A stretch of 46,910 bases of DNA from Clostridia bacterium (GTDB taxonomy: Bacteria; Bacillota; Clostridia; RGIG7378): NCBI GenBank assembly GCA_045588325.1, contig JAZNEA010000101.1, positions 1-46,910 on the forward strand. Reading direction: 5' to 3'. The notes beneath the pieces were generated by a model that saw nothing but the letters and a program-made list of their open reading frames with translations, had not been told where the DNA came from and ran no database searches. Below are positions 37,878 through 46,910 of this stretch, piece by piece (the first letter of the stretch is position 1; the number at the start of each line of letters is the position of its first letter). The position numbers and the translations under genes are program-made.

Positions 37878-38369
37878 ATGTTCAACATCGGAGACCACGT
37901 GGTATATCCCTTACACGGAGCGGGCACAGTTGTGGCAGTAGAAAACATGGAGGTAATGGGTGTTTCCCAGGACTATTATGTTATTAATGTCCTCGTGGGC
38001 AATCTCACAGTTAGAGTGCCTACAGGCAATGCAGAGAGATTAGGCATCCGTTATACTGTGGATTTGGACGAGGCCAACAGGGTTTTCGATTTTATGCGTA
38101 GCGGCGACGTTCAGGAGGATAATTCTGCAAACTGGAGCAAGCGCTACAAGGACAATATGGACAAAATTGCCACAGGCGATATTCACGAGGTTGCCAACAT
38201 AGTTAAGGCATTGATTCTAAGAGACCGTCGCAAGAGCTTATCCACCGGAGAGCGCAAGATGTTGGGTACGGCCAGGCACATCCTCGTCAGCGAGCTGTCA
38301 GTAGTAATGGGACAGGATCAGCAGAGTCTGGAGGAGTCCATCATCGGCAGCATTCCAGTAACAGAATAG
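37878..38369 (+). CDS. carD: CarD-family transcriptional regulator
   Basis: F.IGD.VVYP.HGAG, NWSKRY, LSTGERKML..A..IL.SEL. Confidence 0.95.
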   Translation: MFNIGDHVVYPLHGAGTVVAVENMEVMGVSQDYYVINVLVGNLTVRVPTGNAERLGIRYTVDLDEANRVFDFMRSGDVQEDNSANWSKRYKDNMDKIATGDIHEVANIVKALILRDRRKSLSTGERKMLGTARHILVSELSVVMGQDQQSLEESIIGSIPVTE

Positions 38370-38378
38370 GTACATAAT

Positions 38379-39524
38379 ATGATAGTAGCGATTATCGCAG
38401 CGGGAGGCAGCGGAACACGAATGGGTTGCGACAAGCAGCTCATGGACCTGGCGGGAAAGCCAGTTATTGTGTTGTCCATGGAGGCCTTTCAGCGCAATTC
38501 CAACATTGATGCCATTGTGGTGACTACGGCAAAGGATCGCATGGAGCAGATTAATCAGTTGGCAGAACAGTACGGCATTTCTAAGTTATTTAAGGTTGTA
38601 CAGGGTGGATCTACCAGACAGGAGTCCGTGCGCAACGGATATTTGGAGGCTACAAAACTATCCCCGGACAAAATATTGGTCCACGATGGAGCTCGTCCAT
38701 TTGTAACAGATACAGTGATTGACGGTGTGGTACAGGGGCTGGATAGGGCCGATGCCGTGGTGCCAGGTGTGCCTGTTAAGGACACTATCAAGGTTGTGGA
38801 TAGCAGAGGCTGTGTTGTGAATACTCCAGAGCGCAGTTCTCTGATGGCAGCACAGACACCACAGGGCCTCAAAAATCATATAGCCAGCCTGGCGTATGGC
38901 GACTGCTTTGATCCAAACGCGACGGATGATTCTGCTTTGGCAGAGAGGACAGGAGCAGAGGTTCTGATTACAGAGGGAGATTATTCCAATATTAAGCTCA
39001 CAACACCCGAGGATCTGAGAGCCTTCCCCGGCGCAGATGGTAATCTCTACTGCTGCGGATTTGGCCAGGATAGTCACAGATTTGCCCAGGAGGATAGCGA
39101 CAAACCTTTGATTTTGGGTGGAGTTCAGGTGCCAGGTAGAGCGATGGAGGCTAATAGCGACGGAGACGTGATACTGCATGCTGTGACAAATGCCATTTCA
39201 GGCATTACCGGGGTCAATATTTTGGGCGGTCCTGCAGACAAATTGTGCCTGGAACAGGGTATCTTAGACAGCAGCGTATATCTCAAAGAGGCCCTGAAGT
39301 ATTTGACCATGGCAGAGCTGGTGTCAATATCTATGTCGGTAGAGTGCCTGCGACCTAAACTATCTCCACACATTCCTGCTATGAAACAGAGGATTGCAGA
39401 GTTGACTGGATTGCCTGAGGAGAGAATAGGCATCACGGCAACGACGGGAGAGGGACTTACAGATTGCGGAAGGGGCCTTGGCATTGAGGTGCTTGTTGTT
39501 GCAACAGCCAGGCTCTTGTGCTAA
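38379..39524 (+). CDS. ispDF: Bifunctional IspD/IspF
   Basis: IspD: AAGGSGTRMG..KQ, GG.TRQ.SV, HDGARP, QTPQ, TDD, NIKLTT.ED; IspF: GFGQDSHRF, NSDGDV.LHA, ATTGEGL. Confidence 0.93.
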   Translation: MIVAIIAAGGSGTRMGCDKQLMDLAGKPVIVLSMEAFQRNSNIDAIVVTTAKDRMEQINQLAEQYGISKLFKVVQGGSTRQESVRNGYLEATKLSPDKILVHDGARPFVTDTVIDGVVQGLDRADAVVPGVPVKDTIKVVDSRGCVVNTPERSSLMAAQTPQGLKNHIASLAYGDCFDPNATDDSALAERTGAEVLITEGDYSNIKLTTPEDLRAFPGADGNLYCCGFGQDSHRFAQEDSDKPLILGGVQVPGRAMEANSDGDVILHAVTNAISGITGVNILGGPADKLCLEQGILDSSVYLKEALKYLTMAELVSISMSVECLRPKLSPHIPAMKQRIAELTGLPEERIGITATTGEGLTDCGRGLGIEVLVVATARLLC

Positions 39525-39576
39525 AATTTAACGATAATTTTTGCCGTTTTGAGCGGAGATAATAGAGGGTAATGTT

Positions 39577-41013
39577 ATGGCAGAGTTTAAGAAGAACGAC
39601 CAGATAACCAGCATGAGCGACGATTTTGCTCAATGGTATACAGATGTTGTTCTCAAATCCGAGATGGTTAGCTATTCCAATGTTAAGGGATGCGTGATTT
39701 TGAGACCCTACGGCTACGCTGTATGGGAGAATATTCAGCACATACTGGATTCTAAGTTCAAGGAGCTGGGACATCAGAACGTGGCTATGCCCATGTTTAT
39801 TCCGGAGAGCCTTTTGGATAAGGAGAAGGATCACGTTGAGGGATTCGCACCTGAGGTTGCATGGGTTACCCATGGCGGTTCTGACAAGCTCCAGGAGAGG
39901 CTTTGCGTCCGTCCCACTTCTGAGACACTTTTCTGCGACCACTACGCAGAGATCATTCATTCATACAGAGATCTGCCTAAGTTGTACAATCAATGGGTAT
40001 CTGTCGTTCGCTGGGAGAAGAATACTCGCCCCTTCCTGAGGACCCGCGAGTTCTACTGGCAGGAGGGCCACACAGCCCACGCATCCGCCGAGGAGGCAGA
40101 GGCAGAGACACAGCGCATGCTCAATGTATACGCCGACTTCTGCAGAGATGCACTGGCTATACCTGTTATCAAGGGACAGAAGACTGATAAGGAGAAGTTT
40201 GCAGGCGCCAGAGCTACATATACTATTGAGGCTTTGATGCATGATGGTCAGGCTCTGCAGTCAGCCACATCCCACGACTTTGGAGATGGATTTGCCAGGG
40301 CGTTTAACATCCAGTTTGCGGACAAGGACAACCAGCAAAAGTATGTACACCAGACATCCTGGGGTATGTCCACACGTATTATCGGAGCCATCATCATGGT
40401 TCATGGAGACAACAACGGTTTGGTTCTGCCACCTGCTATTGCTCCCATTCAGGTAGCCATCGTGCCCATCCAGCAGCAAAAGCCTGGTGTTGCAGATAAG
40501 GCTAAGGAGTTGGAGGCACAGCTGGCACAGGCTGGATACAGAGTACACACAGATCTTAGCGACAAGATGCCTGGCTGGAAGTTCTCTGAGTATGAGATGA
40601 AGGGCGTTCCCCTCAGGATTGAGATTGGCCCCAGAGACATCGACAACAACTGCTGTGTTCTGGTTCGCAGAGACAATGGAGAGAAGCAGAGCGTATCTCT
40701 GGACAATCTGGCAGAGACTGTTGCCCAGGTTCTCAAGCAGGTACATGATGGCATGTATGCTAAGGCTCTTGCACATATGCAGGAGAACACATATACAGCT
40801 CAGGATATAGATGAGATGAACAATATCGTCAGCAGCCACCCCGGCTTTGTTAAGGCTATGTGGTGCGGAGACAGGGCCTGCGAGGACAAGATCAAGGAGG
40901 TTACGGGAGCTACATCCAGATGTATTCCCTTTGATCAGGAGGAGGTCGGCCACGTTTGCGCCTGTTGCGGCAAGCCAGCCACCAAGATGGTTGTTTGGGG
41001 CAGAGCATATTGA
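39577..41013 (+). CDS. proS: Proline--tRNA ligase (archaeal/eukaryote-type)
   Basis: [41 protein letters not shown]-terminal Zn cysteines and GRAY end. Confidence 0.97.
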   Translation: MAEFKKNDQITSMSDDFAQWYTDVVLKSEMVSYSNVKGCVILRPYGYAVWENIQHILDSKFKELGHQNVAMPMFIPESLLDKEKDHVEGFAPEVAWVTHGGSDKLQERLCVRPTSETLFCDHYAEIIHSYRDLPKLYNQWVSVVRWEKNTRPFLRTREFYWQEGHTAHASAEEAEAETQRMLNVYADFCRDALAIPVIKGQKTDKEKFAGARATYTIEALMHDGQALQSATSHDFGDGFARAFNIQFADKDNQQKYVHQTSWGMSTRIIGAIIMVHGDNNGLVLPPAIAPIQVAIVPIQQQKPGVADKAKELEAQLAQAGYRVHTDLSDKMPGWKFSEYEMKGVPLRIEIGPRDIDNNCCVLVRRDNGEKQSVSLDNLAETVAQVLKQVHDGMYAKALAHMQENTYTAQDIDEMNNIVSSHPGFVKAMWCGDRACEDKIKEVTGATSRCIPFDQEEVGHVCACCGKPATKMVVWGRAY

Positions 41014-41037
41014 TCTGAATAAAAACAATTATTTTAC

Positions 41038-41070
41038 AAAAACTACCTCTAAAAACGGAGGTAGTTTTTT
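41038..41070 (+). terminator. proS terminator hairpin overlapping the RBS of the next gene
   Basis: AAAAACTACCTC-8 nt-GAGGTAGTTTTT, ending one base before the ATG at 41071. Confidence 0.8.
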
Positions 41071-41781
41071 ATGAAGAAAAAGCTGGCCATGATATTTTGT
41101 CTGTTTGGCATGATTGGCTTTTTGATAATATGCAGTCCGGCACAAGCAGAGGAGCAGCAGATCTCAGAGCCTGAGATTGCACAGGTTGCGGTGGATGCGC
41201 TAAACCTGCGCGCGGGATGTGGCGTGGACTATAACGTAGTAGAGACCTTGTACAAGGACATGGCTATCCAGGTGTTGGGCGAAAGGGAGAACTGGCTCCT
41301 GGTTTATGTGCCCGACACAGGAATGGTTGGTGCTGTGGACAAATCCTATGTTACAAGGGAGATTCCGACTGCTACAGACAAGGTGGAACAGGATGTTGTG
41401 CCGGGACAGGAGGAGGTCAACCTCTTGACGTTGATTAACCAGGTTCGCAACCAGGCTGGACTGCCTGACCTTAGCATGGATCAGGAGTTGAATAAGATTG
41501 CACTGCTAAAGGCCAGGGACATGTCCGACAATCATTATTTTGGACATAATTCACAGACCTACGGCAATCCCTTTGAGATGATGACTTCCTATGGAATCAA
41601 GTTCGGCGCAGCAGGAGAGAATATAGCAGGGAATATGTCTGTGGACAAGGCCTTTGAGTCCTGGGTGGATTCGGAGGAGCATATCCGCAATATTATCGGA
41701 GAAAAGTACACTAAGGTCGGTATTGGCATAGTTCCCGACGAAACTTATGGAAAAATAATCGTCTTAGAATTTACAGATTAA
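41071..41781 (+). CDS. Secreted SH3 plus CAP (SCP) domain protein, YkwD-like
   Basis: Signal peptide; LNLRAG.G; LIN..R...GL..L, KA.DM....YF.H.S.TYG.PF, AGENIA, S..H..NI. Confidence 0.88.
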   Translation: MKKKLAMIFCLFGMIGFLIICSPAQAEEQQISEPEIAQVAVDALNLRAGCGVDYNVVETLYKDMAIQVLGERENWLLVYVPDTGMVGAVDKSYVTREIPTATDKVEQDVVPGQEEVNLLTLINQVRNQAGLPDLSMDQELNKIALLKARDMSDNHYFGHNSQTYGNPFEMMTSYGIKFGAAGENIAGNMSVDKAFESWVDSEEHIRNIIGEKYTKVGIGIVPDETYGKIIVLEFTD

Positions 41782-41847
41782 TAGGACGACAAAAACGGTC
41801 ATTTTATTTTTGTTTTCAAATTGTTTACCACATAAAGGATATACACT

Positions 41848-41876
41848 AGGGCAAGCACTTCACGGCTTGTCCTTTT
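41848..41876 (+). terminator. Terminator hairpin
   Basis: AGGGCAAGC-8 nt-GCTTGTCCT plus TTT. Confidence 0.7.
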
Positions 41877-41931
41877 GGTGTTATAATAGCATTGGTATAT
41901 AATAGAGTCCCTATGTGGATATGGAGGTACA

Positions 41932-42966
41932 ATGAACCGTTTTTCCAAGATTGTGGCGCTGTTACTCGTTTTGGTCAGTGTTACTATGATATTTACATCG
42001 ATCCCAGTGGCAACTGCTGCTACCCCTGTGCTTAAGGTCGGCATGGAGGGAGATGATATTTTGGATCTCCAACAAAAGCTCAAAAAGCTAGGATATTTTG
42101 AGTCGGATTGCACTGGCTATTTTGGCACGGTCACAGAGCAGGCTGTTATTGCATTCCAGAAGGACTACAACCTTTCATCAGATGGAGTGGTAGGCAACGA
42201 GACATACAAGCTATTGGCCAGCCTTACATCAGAGACTATTATGGATACCTTGTCTATCGTACAGGGAATATACACCAGAGCAGAGATTTTGGAGATACAG
42301 GAGTTGCTCTATGAGTTGGGCTATTTGCCTGTTGAGCCCACTGGGTTCTATGGTGAGCTAACCGTGGATGCAGCCAGACGTTATCAGAAGAGATATAATT
42401 TGACAGTAGACGGCATTGTAGGACGTAATACACTGTCCTCCATGCGCAATATCGTTGCCAGCCGTAATGACCCCACAGGTAGCATGTATATTTATGATTG
42501 GTGGGATGAGGCTCAGTTCATTTTTGGCGTTGGTGACAAGGCTGTAGTTACAGATGTTGCTACGGGTATCAAGTTCACAGTTATGAGGACATATGGCACC
42601 AACCATGCAGACGTTGAGACAGTTTCTGCTGCCGACACAGCCAAGTTCCGTTCTTGCTATGGAGGCAAGGACAGTTGGGAGCGCAGAGCAGTTGTGGTTG
42701 TAGTAAATGGCACAACTATGGCAGCCTCCATGAATGGTTACCCCCATGCCGGCAGCGATTCTGCAGCCAATGGTGCTTGGGTCAGTTGGCGTAGCGGAGA
42801 CTACGGTGCAGGATACAACCTGGATCGCATCAAGGGCAATAATATGAATGGCGTATTCTGCATACACTTCAAGAACAGCACTACTCATGGTACTGGTTTG
42901 GTATGCAAATTGCACCAGGCATGTATCAAGAGTGCAGCATCATATATTGCATCACAGGATTGGTAA
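41932..42966 (+). CDS. Secreted protein with two PG_binding_1 domains and an unassigned C-terminal domain
   Basis: Signal peptide; two LQ..L..LGY...TG.FG..T..A...Q....L..DG.VG..T repeats; C-terminal NHAD, SWERR, AASM.G.PH, G.FCIHF..S.TH, HQ. Confidence 0.88.
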   Translation: MNRFSKIVALLLVLVSVTMIFTSIPVATAATPVLKVGMEGDDILDLQQKLKKLGYFESDCTGYFGTVTEQAVIAFQKDYNLSSDGVVGNETYKLLASLTSETIMDTLSIVQGIYTRAEILEIQELLYELGYLPVEPTGFYGELTVDAARRYQKRYNLTVDGIVGRNTLSSMRNIVASRNDPTGSMYIYDWWDEAQFIFGVGDKAVVTDVATGIKFTVMRTYGTNHADVETVSAADTAKFRSCYGGKDSWERRAVVVVVNGTTMAASMNGYPHAGSDSAANGAWVSWRSGDYGAGYNLDRIKGNNMNGVFCIHFKNSTTHGTGLVCKLHQACIKSAASYIASQDW

Positions 42967-42969
42967 TTC

Positions 42970-43854
42970 ATGAATAAGCATAAGAATCAGCTTCCACTAT
43001 ATATATTGGGAATAATAGCAGCTCTGTTTATGGTGCTGCTGGATATGGCACTTGTCACGGTAGTAGGTTTTGTAGTGACATTGGGTGTAGAGGATCCTCT
43101 GCAGCTGTGTGCTCAGTTGCTCCAATTGGTCAAGAACGTTATGACTACTGGTCTGGGCTCAGCCAATATACCTGTATGGGTGTTGTCTGTGTTGGGTGGC
43201 AGTGTCCTGCTGGCAATTGCGGCGTTCTTCATTGGCGGATATTTTAAGAGAAATCAGGACATTCTCAAGGTTAAGACATATGACAGAAATAAGAACCGCC
43301 AGAATCTTACTGGTTTGGCAGGAGTTAAGAGACCGGAACTGACTAATTTCTGGGTCGGAGCAGCCGGAGTTTACCTCAGATCTCTGGCAGTTACTTTTAT
43401 TTCTGCAGTGACACTATTGGTCTTCTTTATCATGGGCTTTTTGGCATTGGTACCTATGGTAGCTATCATATTTAAGGGTGGTAGCATTTCTAGTGGATTC
43501 CCGTTGGTGCTTTCGGCCACTCTTGCACTTGTCAGTGTATGGATTATTCTGTTTGTGTTTGTCCTTATCAAGATATACATGATAGGCGCATATCGCGGCA
43601 TGGTCATGTATTCTGACAAGTTTATCCGCAAATCCATCAATTCCGTTAACTCTGTATTTGTTCGCAAGTATACCGACTATCTTATGCTGACCGTACTTTA
43701 CATTGCATTGAGAGCGGCACTATTGTGGATAAGTACCACATACTCAATCCAGCTGGCCAAGGCAAATGTTATGCCTGAGATTTATGTTCTCGATGGTATG
43801 CTCAAGGTAGGATATTTACTTCTCCTAAATCGTAAGTGTATTGGTGATCAATGA
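42970..43854 (+). CDS. Hypothetical integral membrane protein
   Basis: Five to six hydrophobic segments; closely spaced between its neighbours. Confidence 0.75.
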   Translation: MNKHKNQLPLYILGIIAALFMVLLDMALVTVVGFVVTLGVEDPLQLCAQLLQLVKNVMTTGLGSANIPVWVLSVLGGSVLLAIAAFFIGGYFKRNQDILKVKTYDRNKNRQNLTGLAGVKRPELTNFWVGAAGVYLRSLAVTFISAVTLLVFFIMGFLALVPMVAIIFKGGSISSGFPLVLSATLALVSVWIILFVFVLIKIYMIGAYRGMVMYSDKFIRKSINSVNSVFVRKYTDYLMLTVLYIALRAALLWISTTYSIQLAKANVMPEIYVLDGMLKVGYLLLLNRKCIGDQ

Positions 43855-46064
43855 TGGATTCCCTTAAGGGACGAATAGTAGATATAGTATTTAAGAACGA
43901 AGACACGGGCTACTCAATTGTCCGGGTCTTTGTTGATTCAGGGGAGGCATATGTGCTGACGGGCACTATGCCTTTAGTAAATTGCGGAGAATTTATCAAG
44001 GCCTGGGGTGATTGGGTAGATCATCCTGTATATGGTCGCCAGTTTAAGGTTCAGTCCTACGAGAAGACTATGCCAGATAACGAGGAGGACATATTAGTTT
44101 ATCTCTCATCCGGGGTGATCAAAGGCGTAGGCAAGGCCTTAGCAAAGAGGATAGTCAGACATTTTGGTTCACGCACTATGGATGTGCTGACGGAGGACCC
44201 TGACAGACTGGCAGAGGTAAAAGGGATAAGCATTAACAAGGCCAGGGAGGTGTCCCGCAGCTTTGTGGCCCAGAAAAATATGCAGGATGTAGTCACATTC
44301 TTTGCCCAATTAGGCCTCAGTGCTACGGTGGCATACAAGGTATACAACAGCCTGGGTGCTCTTTGCGTAGACATGGTCAAGACGAATCCTTATGTATTGG
44401 CTAACCCCGAGTATAGGATTGGATTCCGCAATGTCGACAGGATAGCGGCTCAAATGGGTTACGATATGACGTCGCCCAACAGGGTAGAGGCTGGCCTGCG
44501 CAATATGTTATCCACCATGTCTATGAATGGTTACACGTGCGTAGAAGCTGAAATCCTGGTCAATAGCGCCGCATCCGCTCTTACAATGGATACAGAGGCA
44601 GTAGGCCAGACTCTAAATAACATGTTGAACAGCCGGACTCTAAATGCCCTGGAGTACGAGGGTCAACAGAGGGTGTACATGCCAGATCTGTACAGAGCCG
44701 AAACCAGAACAGCCAGGCGCCTCAGAGAACTGGGAGACAGGCAATTTTGTGATACGGAGGTATTGCAGCGCCGATTGGCAGCGATTAGAGGAGACCAACA
44801 GATTTGCGGAGCCCTCTTGTCAGAGGAACAGATTGCCGCGGCAGAAAACGCCATAAATAGGGGAGTAGTAATAATCACAGGAGGACCAGGTACTGGAAAG
44901 ACCACAGCGATACGCTGTATGGTGGAATTATTCGAGGGCTGTGGCATGGAGGTGGCATTATGCGCACCTACAGGCAGAGCAGCAAAGAGAATGGCCGAGG
45001 CATCTGGTGCAGACGCCAAAACCGTTCATCGTATGTTGGAAATAGGCTACTCGGACCAGACAAAATCCCGTTACATATTCAACCGCGACGAGACCAACCC
45101 ATTGGATGCAGACGTTGTAATAGTGGACGAAATGTCTATGATGGATATTCTGCTGATGGAGGCCCTGTTGATGGCCCTCAAACCTGGATGCAGATTAATC
45201 TTAGTAGGGGATGCAGACCAATTGCCATCTGTGGGCCCCGGTAAGGTTCTGCAGGACATCATTGAGTCTCAGGTTTGCCCGGTAGTCCACCTGACGAGGA
45301 TATACAGGCAGGCTGCGGAGAGTATGATAATCACTAACGCCCACAGGATAAACAAAGGACAACTCCCTGAATGCAACGTAAAGGGTAGCGATTTTTACTT
45401 TATTCCAGCTAATGGAACAGAGAACTTGTATAACAAGATTGTGTCCTTATGTAAGGACAAGCTACCATCCACATTTAGTCTGGACCCTGTTGCCGACATA
45501 CAGGTGATCTCCCCTACCAGAAAGGGAGAGGCTGGCGTTGGTGAACTCAACAGGGTATTGCAGCAGGCCCTGAATCCCAAAACCCTAACCAAGGCCGAAA
45601 AGAAGTATGGCGACGTGGTCTTCCGCGTGGGCGATAGAGTCATGCAGAACAAAAATAACTACGACATGGAGTGTTACAGGCCAGGTCAGATAGAGGCAGA
45701 GTTCGGGGTTTACAATGGGGATATGGGTACTATTCGCGAGATAAATAATTCCATGGGAACCATGACTGTAGAGTTGACGGACGGTAGATTCTGCACATAT
45801 AGTCACGCTAACATAGAGGAGCTGGAGCAGGCATTTGCAACTACTGTGCACAAGAGTCAGGGCAGCGAGTTCCCATGTGTAGTGTTGGTTCTCTATGGTG
45901 GGCCACAGATGCTGCAAAACAGGAATTTGTTGTACACGGCGGTTACCAGAGCACGCAAGATGTTGGTGGTAGTTGGTCTGCAGGATACCATGGAGCGTAT
46001 GGTCAGAAATAAATCTCGTTCGGAGCGGCTGTCATCCTTAAGGGAACTGCTGATAGAGGAGTAA
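43851..46064 (+). CDS. recD2: ATP-dependent RecD-like DNA helicase
   Basis: N-terminal OB (H..YG.QF), HhH, GGPGTGKTT, APTGRAAKR, DEMSM, GD.DQLPSVG, TVHKSQGSE, YTAVTRA. Confidence 0.96.
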   Translation: MMDSLKGRIVDIVFKNEDTGYSIVRVFVDSGEAYVLTGTMPLVNCGEFIKAWGDWVDHPVYGRQFKVQSYEKTMPDNEEDILVYLSSGVIKGVGKALAKRIVRHFGSRTMDVLTEDPDRLAEVKGISINKAREVSRSFVAQKNMQDVVTFFAQLGLSATVAYKVYNSLGALCVDMVKTNPYVLANPEYRIGFRNVDRIAAQMGYDMTSPNRVEAGLRNMLSTMSMNGYTCVEAEILVNSAASALTMDTEAVGQTLNNMLNSRTLNALEYEGQQRVYMPDLYRAETRTARRLRELGDRQFCDTEVLQRRLAAIRGDQQICGALLSEEQIAAAENAINRGVVIITGGPGTGKTTAIRCMVELFEGCGMEVALCAPTGRAAKRMAEASGADAKTVHRMLEIGYSDQTKSRYIFNRDETNPLDADVVIVDEMSMMDILLMEALLMALKPGCRLILVGDADQLPSVGPGKVLQDIIESQVCPVVHLTRIYRQAAESMIITNAHRINKGQLPECNVKGSDFYFIPANGTENLYNKIVSLCKDKLPSTFSLDPVADIQVISPTRKGEAGVGELNRVLQQALNPKTLTKAEKKYGDVVFRVGDRVMQNKNNYDMECYRPGQIEAEFGVYNGDMGTIREINNSMGTMTVELTDGRFCTYSHANIEELEQAFATTVHKSQGSEFPCVVLVLYGGPQMLQNRNLLYTAVTRARKMLVVVGLQDTMERMVRNKSRSERLSSLRELLIEE

Positions 46065-46105
46065 AACGTTTCTCCCAGTTGGTGTAAAAAGTTTTGAAAT
46101 ACCAC

Positions 46106-46134
46106 TTGACGAACGGAAAATTATATTGTAATAT
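46106..46134 (+). promoter_or_regulatory. sigmaA promoter of tRNA-Val
   Basis: TTGACG-17 bp-TAATAT. Confidence 0.75.
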
Positions 46135-46151
46135 AAGCGAGCTGGTTTTGA

Positions 46152-46227
46152 GGGAGTATAGCTCAGCTGGGAGAGCACCTGCCTTACAAGCAGGGGGTCA
46201 CAGGTTCGAGCCCTGTTGTTCCCACCA
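46152..46227 (+). tRNA. tRNA-Val (anticodon TAC)
   Basis: 76 nt; D-arm GCTC..GAGC, anticodon arm CCTGC-CTTACAA-GCAGG, T-arm ACAGG-TTCGAGC-CCTGT, encoded CCA. Confidence 0.97.
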
Positions 46228-46230
46228 GAT

Positions 46231-46256
46231 AGCACTGCGAGAGCAGTTCTTTTTTT
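46231..46256 (+). terminator. tRNA-Val terminator
   Basis: ACTGC-GAGA-GCAGT plus T-tract. Confidence 0.75.
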
Positions 46257-46390
46257 GTGCCTTGAAAAGGGATCTATCTACATGCGTAACACCTCTGTAA
46301 AAGACAATGAGACAGGGCCGTCGTAGGCGAGCAGAGGGAATGTTAACCTATGTTTTTTGTGTCTGGGTTGGTCACATAATTAACAATTTG

Positions 46391-46419
46391 TTTACACTTC
46401 GAGAGGGCTGTGCTACAAT
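46391..46419 (+). promoter_or_regulatory. sigmaA promoter of the cold-shock gene
   Basis: TTTACA-17 bp-TACAAT with an extended TG. Confidence 0.65.
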
Positions 46420-46465
46420 TATCAAAAATTCCCAAAGGGGATACATAACACGTATGGAGGAACAA

Positions 46466-46666
46466 ATGAATACAGGTAAGGTAAAGTGGTTCAGTGCCGA
46501 GAAGGGCTACGGTTTCGTCATCACTGACGAGGGAGCAGAGATTTTTGTGCACTTCTCAGCTATCAATGTAGACGGCTTCAAAACTCTCAGCGAGGGTCAG
46601 GCGGTTACTTTTGATATAGAGAGCGACGATCGCGGTCAGAAGGCTGTTAACGTCACACCGGTATAA
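46466..46666 (+). CDS. csp: Cold-shock protein (CspA family, 66 aa)
   Basis: GKVKWF..EKGYGF (RNP1), IFVHFSAI (RNP2), GFKTL.EGQ; RBS GGAGG. Confidence 0.96.
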   Translation: MNTGKVKWFSAEKGYGFVITDEGAEIFVHFSAINVDGFKTLSEGQAVTFDIESDDRGQKAVNVTPV

Positions 46667-46693
46667 TCTATAAATAGCAGGGGCTCCCCCAGA

Positions 46694-46910
46694 GGGAGCG
46701 GTCCAATAAAACAAAATATTGTTTTCGGGAAGCGGCATGATTAATCATGCCGCTTTTCCGTTCATAATGTCATAGAGTAAATTGGCGGGGAGTATGCCGA
46801 TTTGATTATAGCTGATGACTACATCCTGCACTCGGTGTCCGCTGGACTTGTCCGGTGCATGAACATACACGGCTTTCACCATATCGTTCAGTACAGCGGG
46901 AGTAAGCTTT
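46694..46910 (-). mobile_element. End of a serine-recombinase integrative element continuing beyond the window
   Basis: Recombinase 3' end, a 26-bp perfect palindrome at 46730..46755, then an AT-rich spacer abutting a half-broken host hairpin; the exact junction is inferred. Confidence 0.65.
46745..46909 (-). CDS. 3' end of a large serine recombinase (TnpX-like, DUF4368 C-terminal domain), partial
   Basis: Not in the ORF track; hand translation KLTPAVLNDMVKAVYVHAPDKSSGHRVQDVVISYNQIGILPANLLYDIMNGKAA* matches the LTP..L...V..I.VHAPDKSSG.R.Q.I.I.Y..IG signature. Confidence 0.85.
   Translation of the reverse strand, partial: KLTPAVLNDMVKAVYVHAPDKSSGHRVQDVVISYNQIGILPANLLYDIMNGKAA

Overview
A mostly core-genome stretch of a spore-forming Clostridia-like (Bacillota) chromosome. 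Gene order and the IspF variant suggest an Acetivibrio/Ruminiclostridium-like lineage (inference). Housekeeping content: an aromatic amino-acid-type ABC importer, tRNA-Leu(CAG), coaX-panT, thyA, nfnAB, a heterodimeric ABC exporter, gdpP-rplI-dnaB-tilS-hpt-ftsH, carD-ispDF-proS, recD2, tRNA-Val(TAC) and a cold-shock gene. Sporulation genes (spoIID, spoIIQ, yaaL-like, cotS-like, SH3-CAP) have recognisable sporulation sigma-factor promoters. Most notable: (i) three tandem lipoprotein trigger-factor-like foldases lacking the ribosome-binding domain, directly after ftsH; (ii) foreign DNA repeatedly sitting at intrinsic terminators, namely an orphan gene bracketed by an exact 36-bp duplication of the tRNA-Leu terminator, a two-gene AT-rich cassette between related hairpins, a decayed lipoprotein remnant, and the unlisted 3' end of a TnpX/DUF4368-type serine recombinase element that appears to have cut the cold-shock gene terminator at the window edge; (iii) hairpins that occlude the RBS of forespore-type genes; (iv) an orphan TM-anchored solute-binding protein with a long cytoplasmic tail. 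All family calls are from motif recognition by eye; no searches were run.
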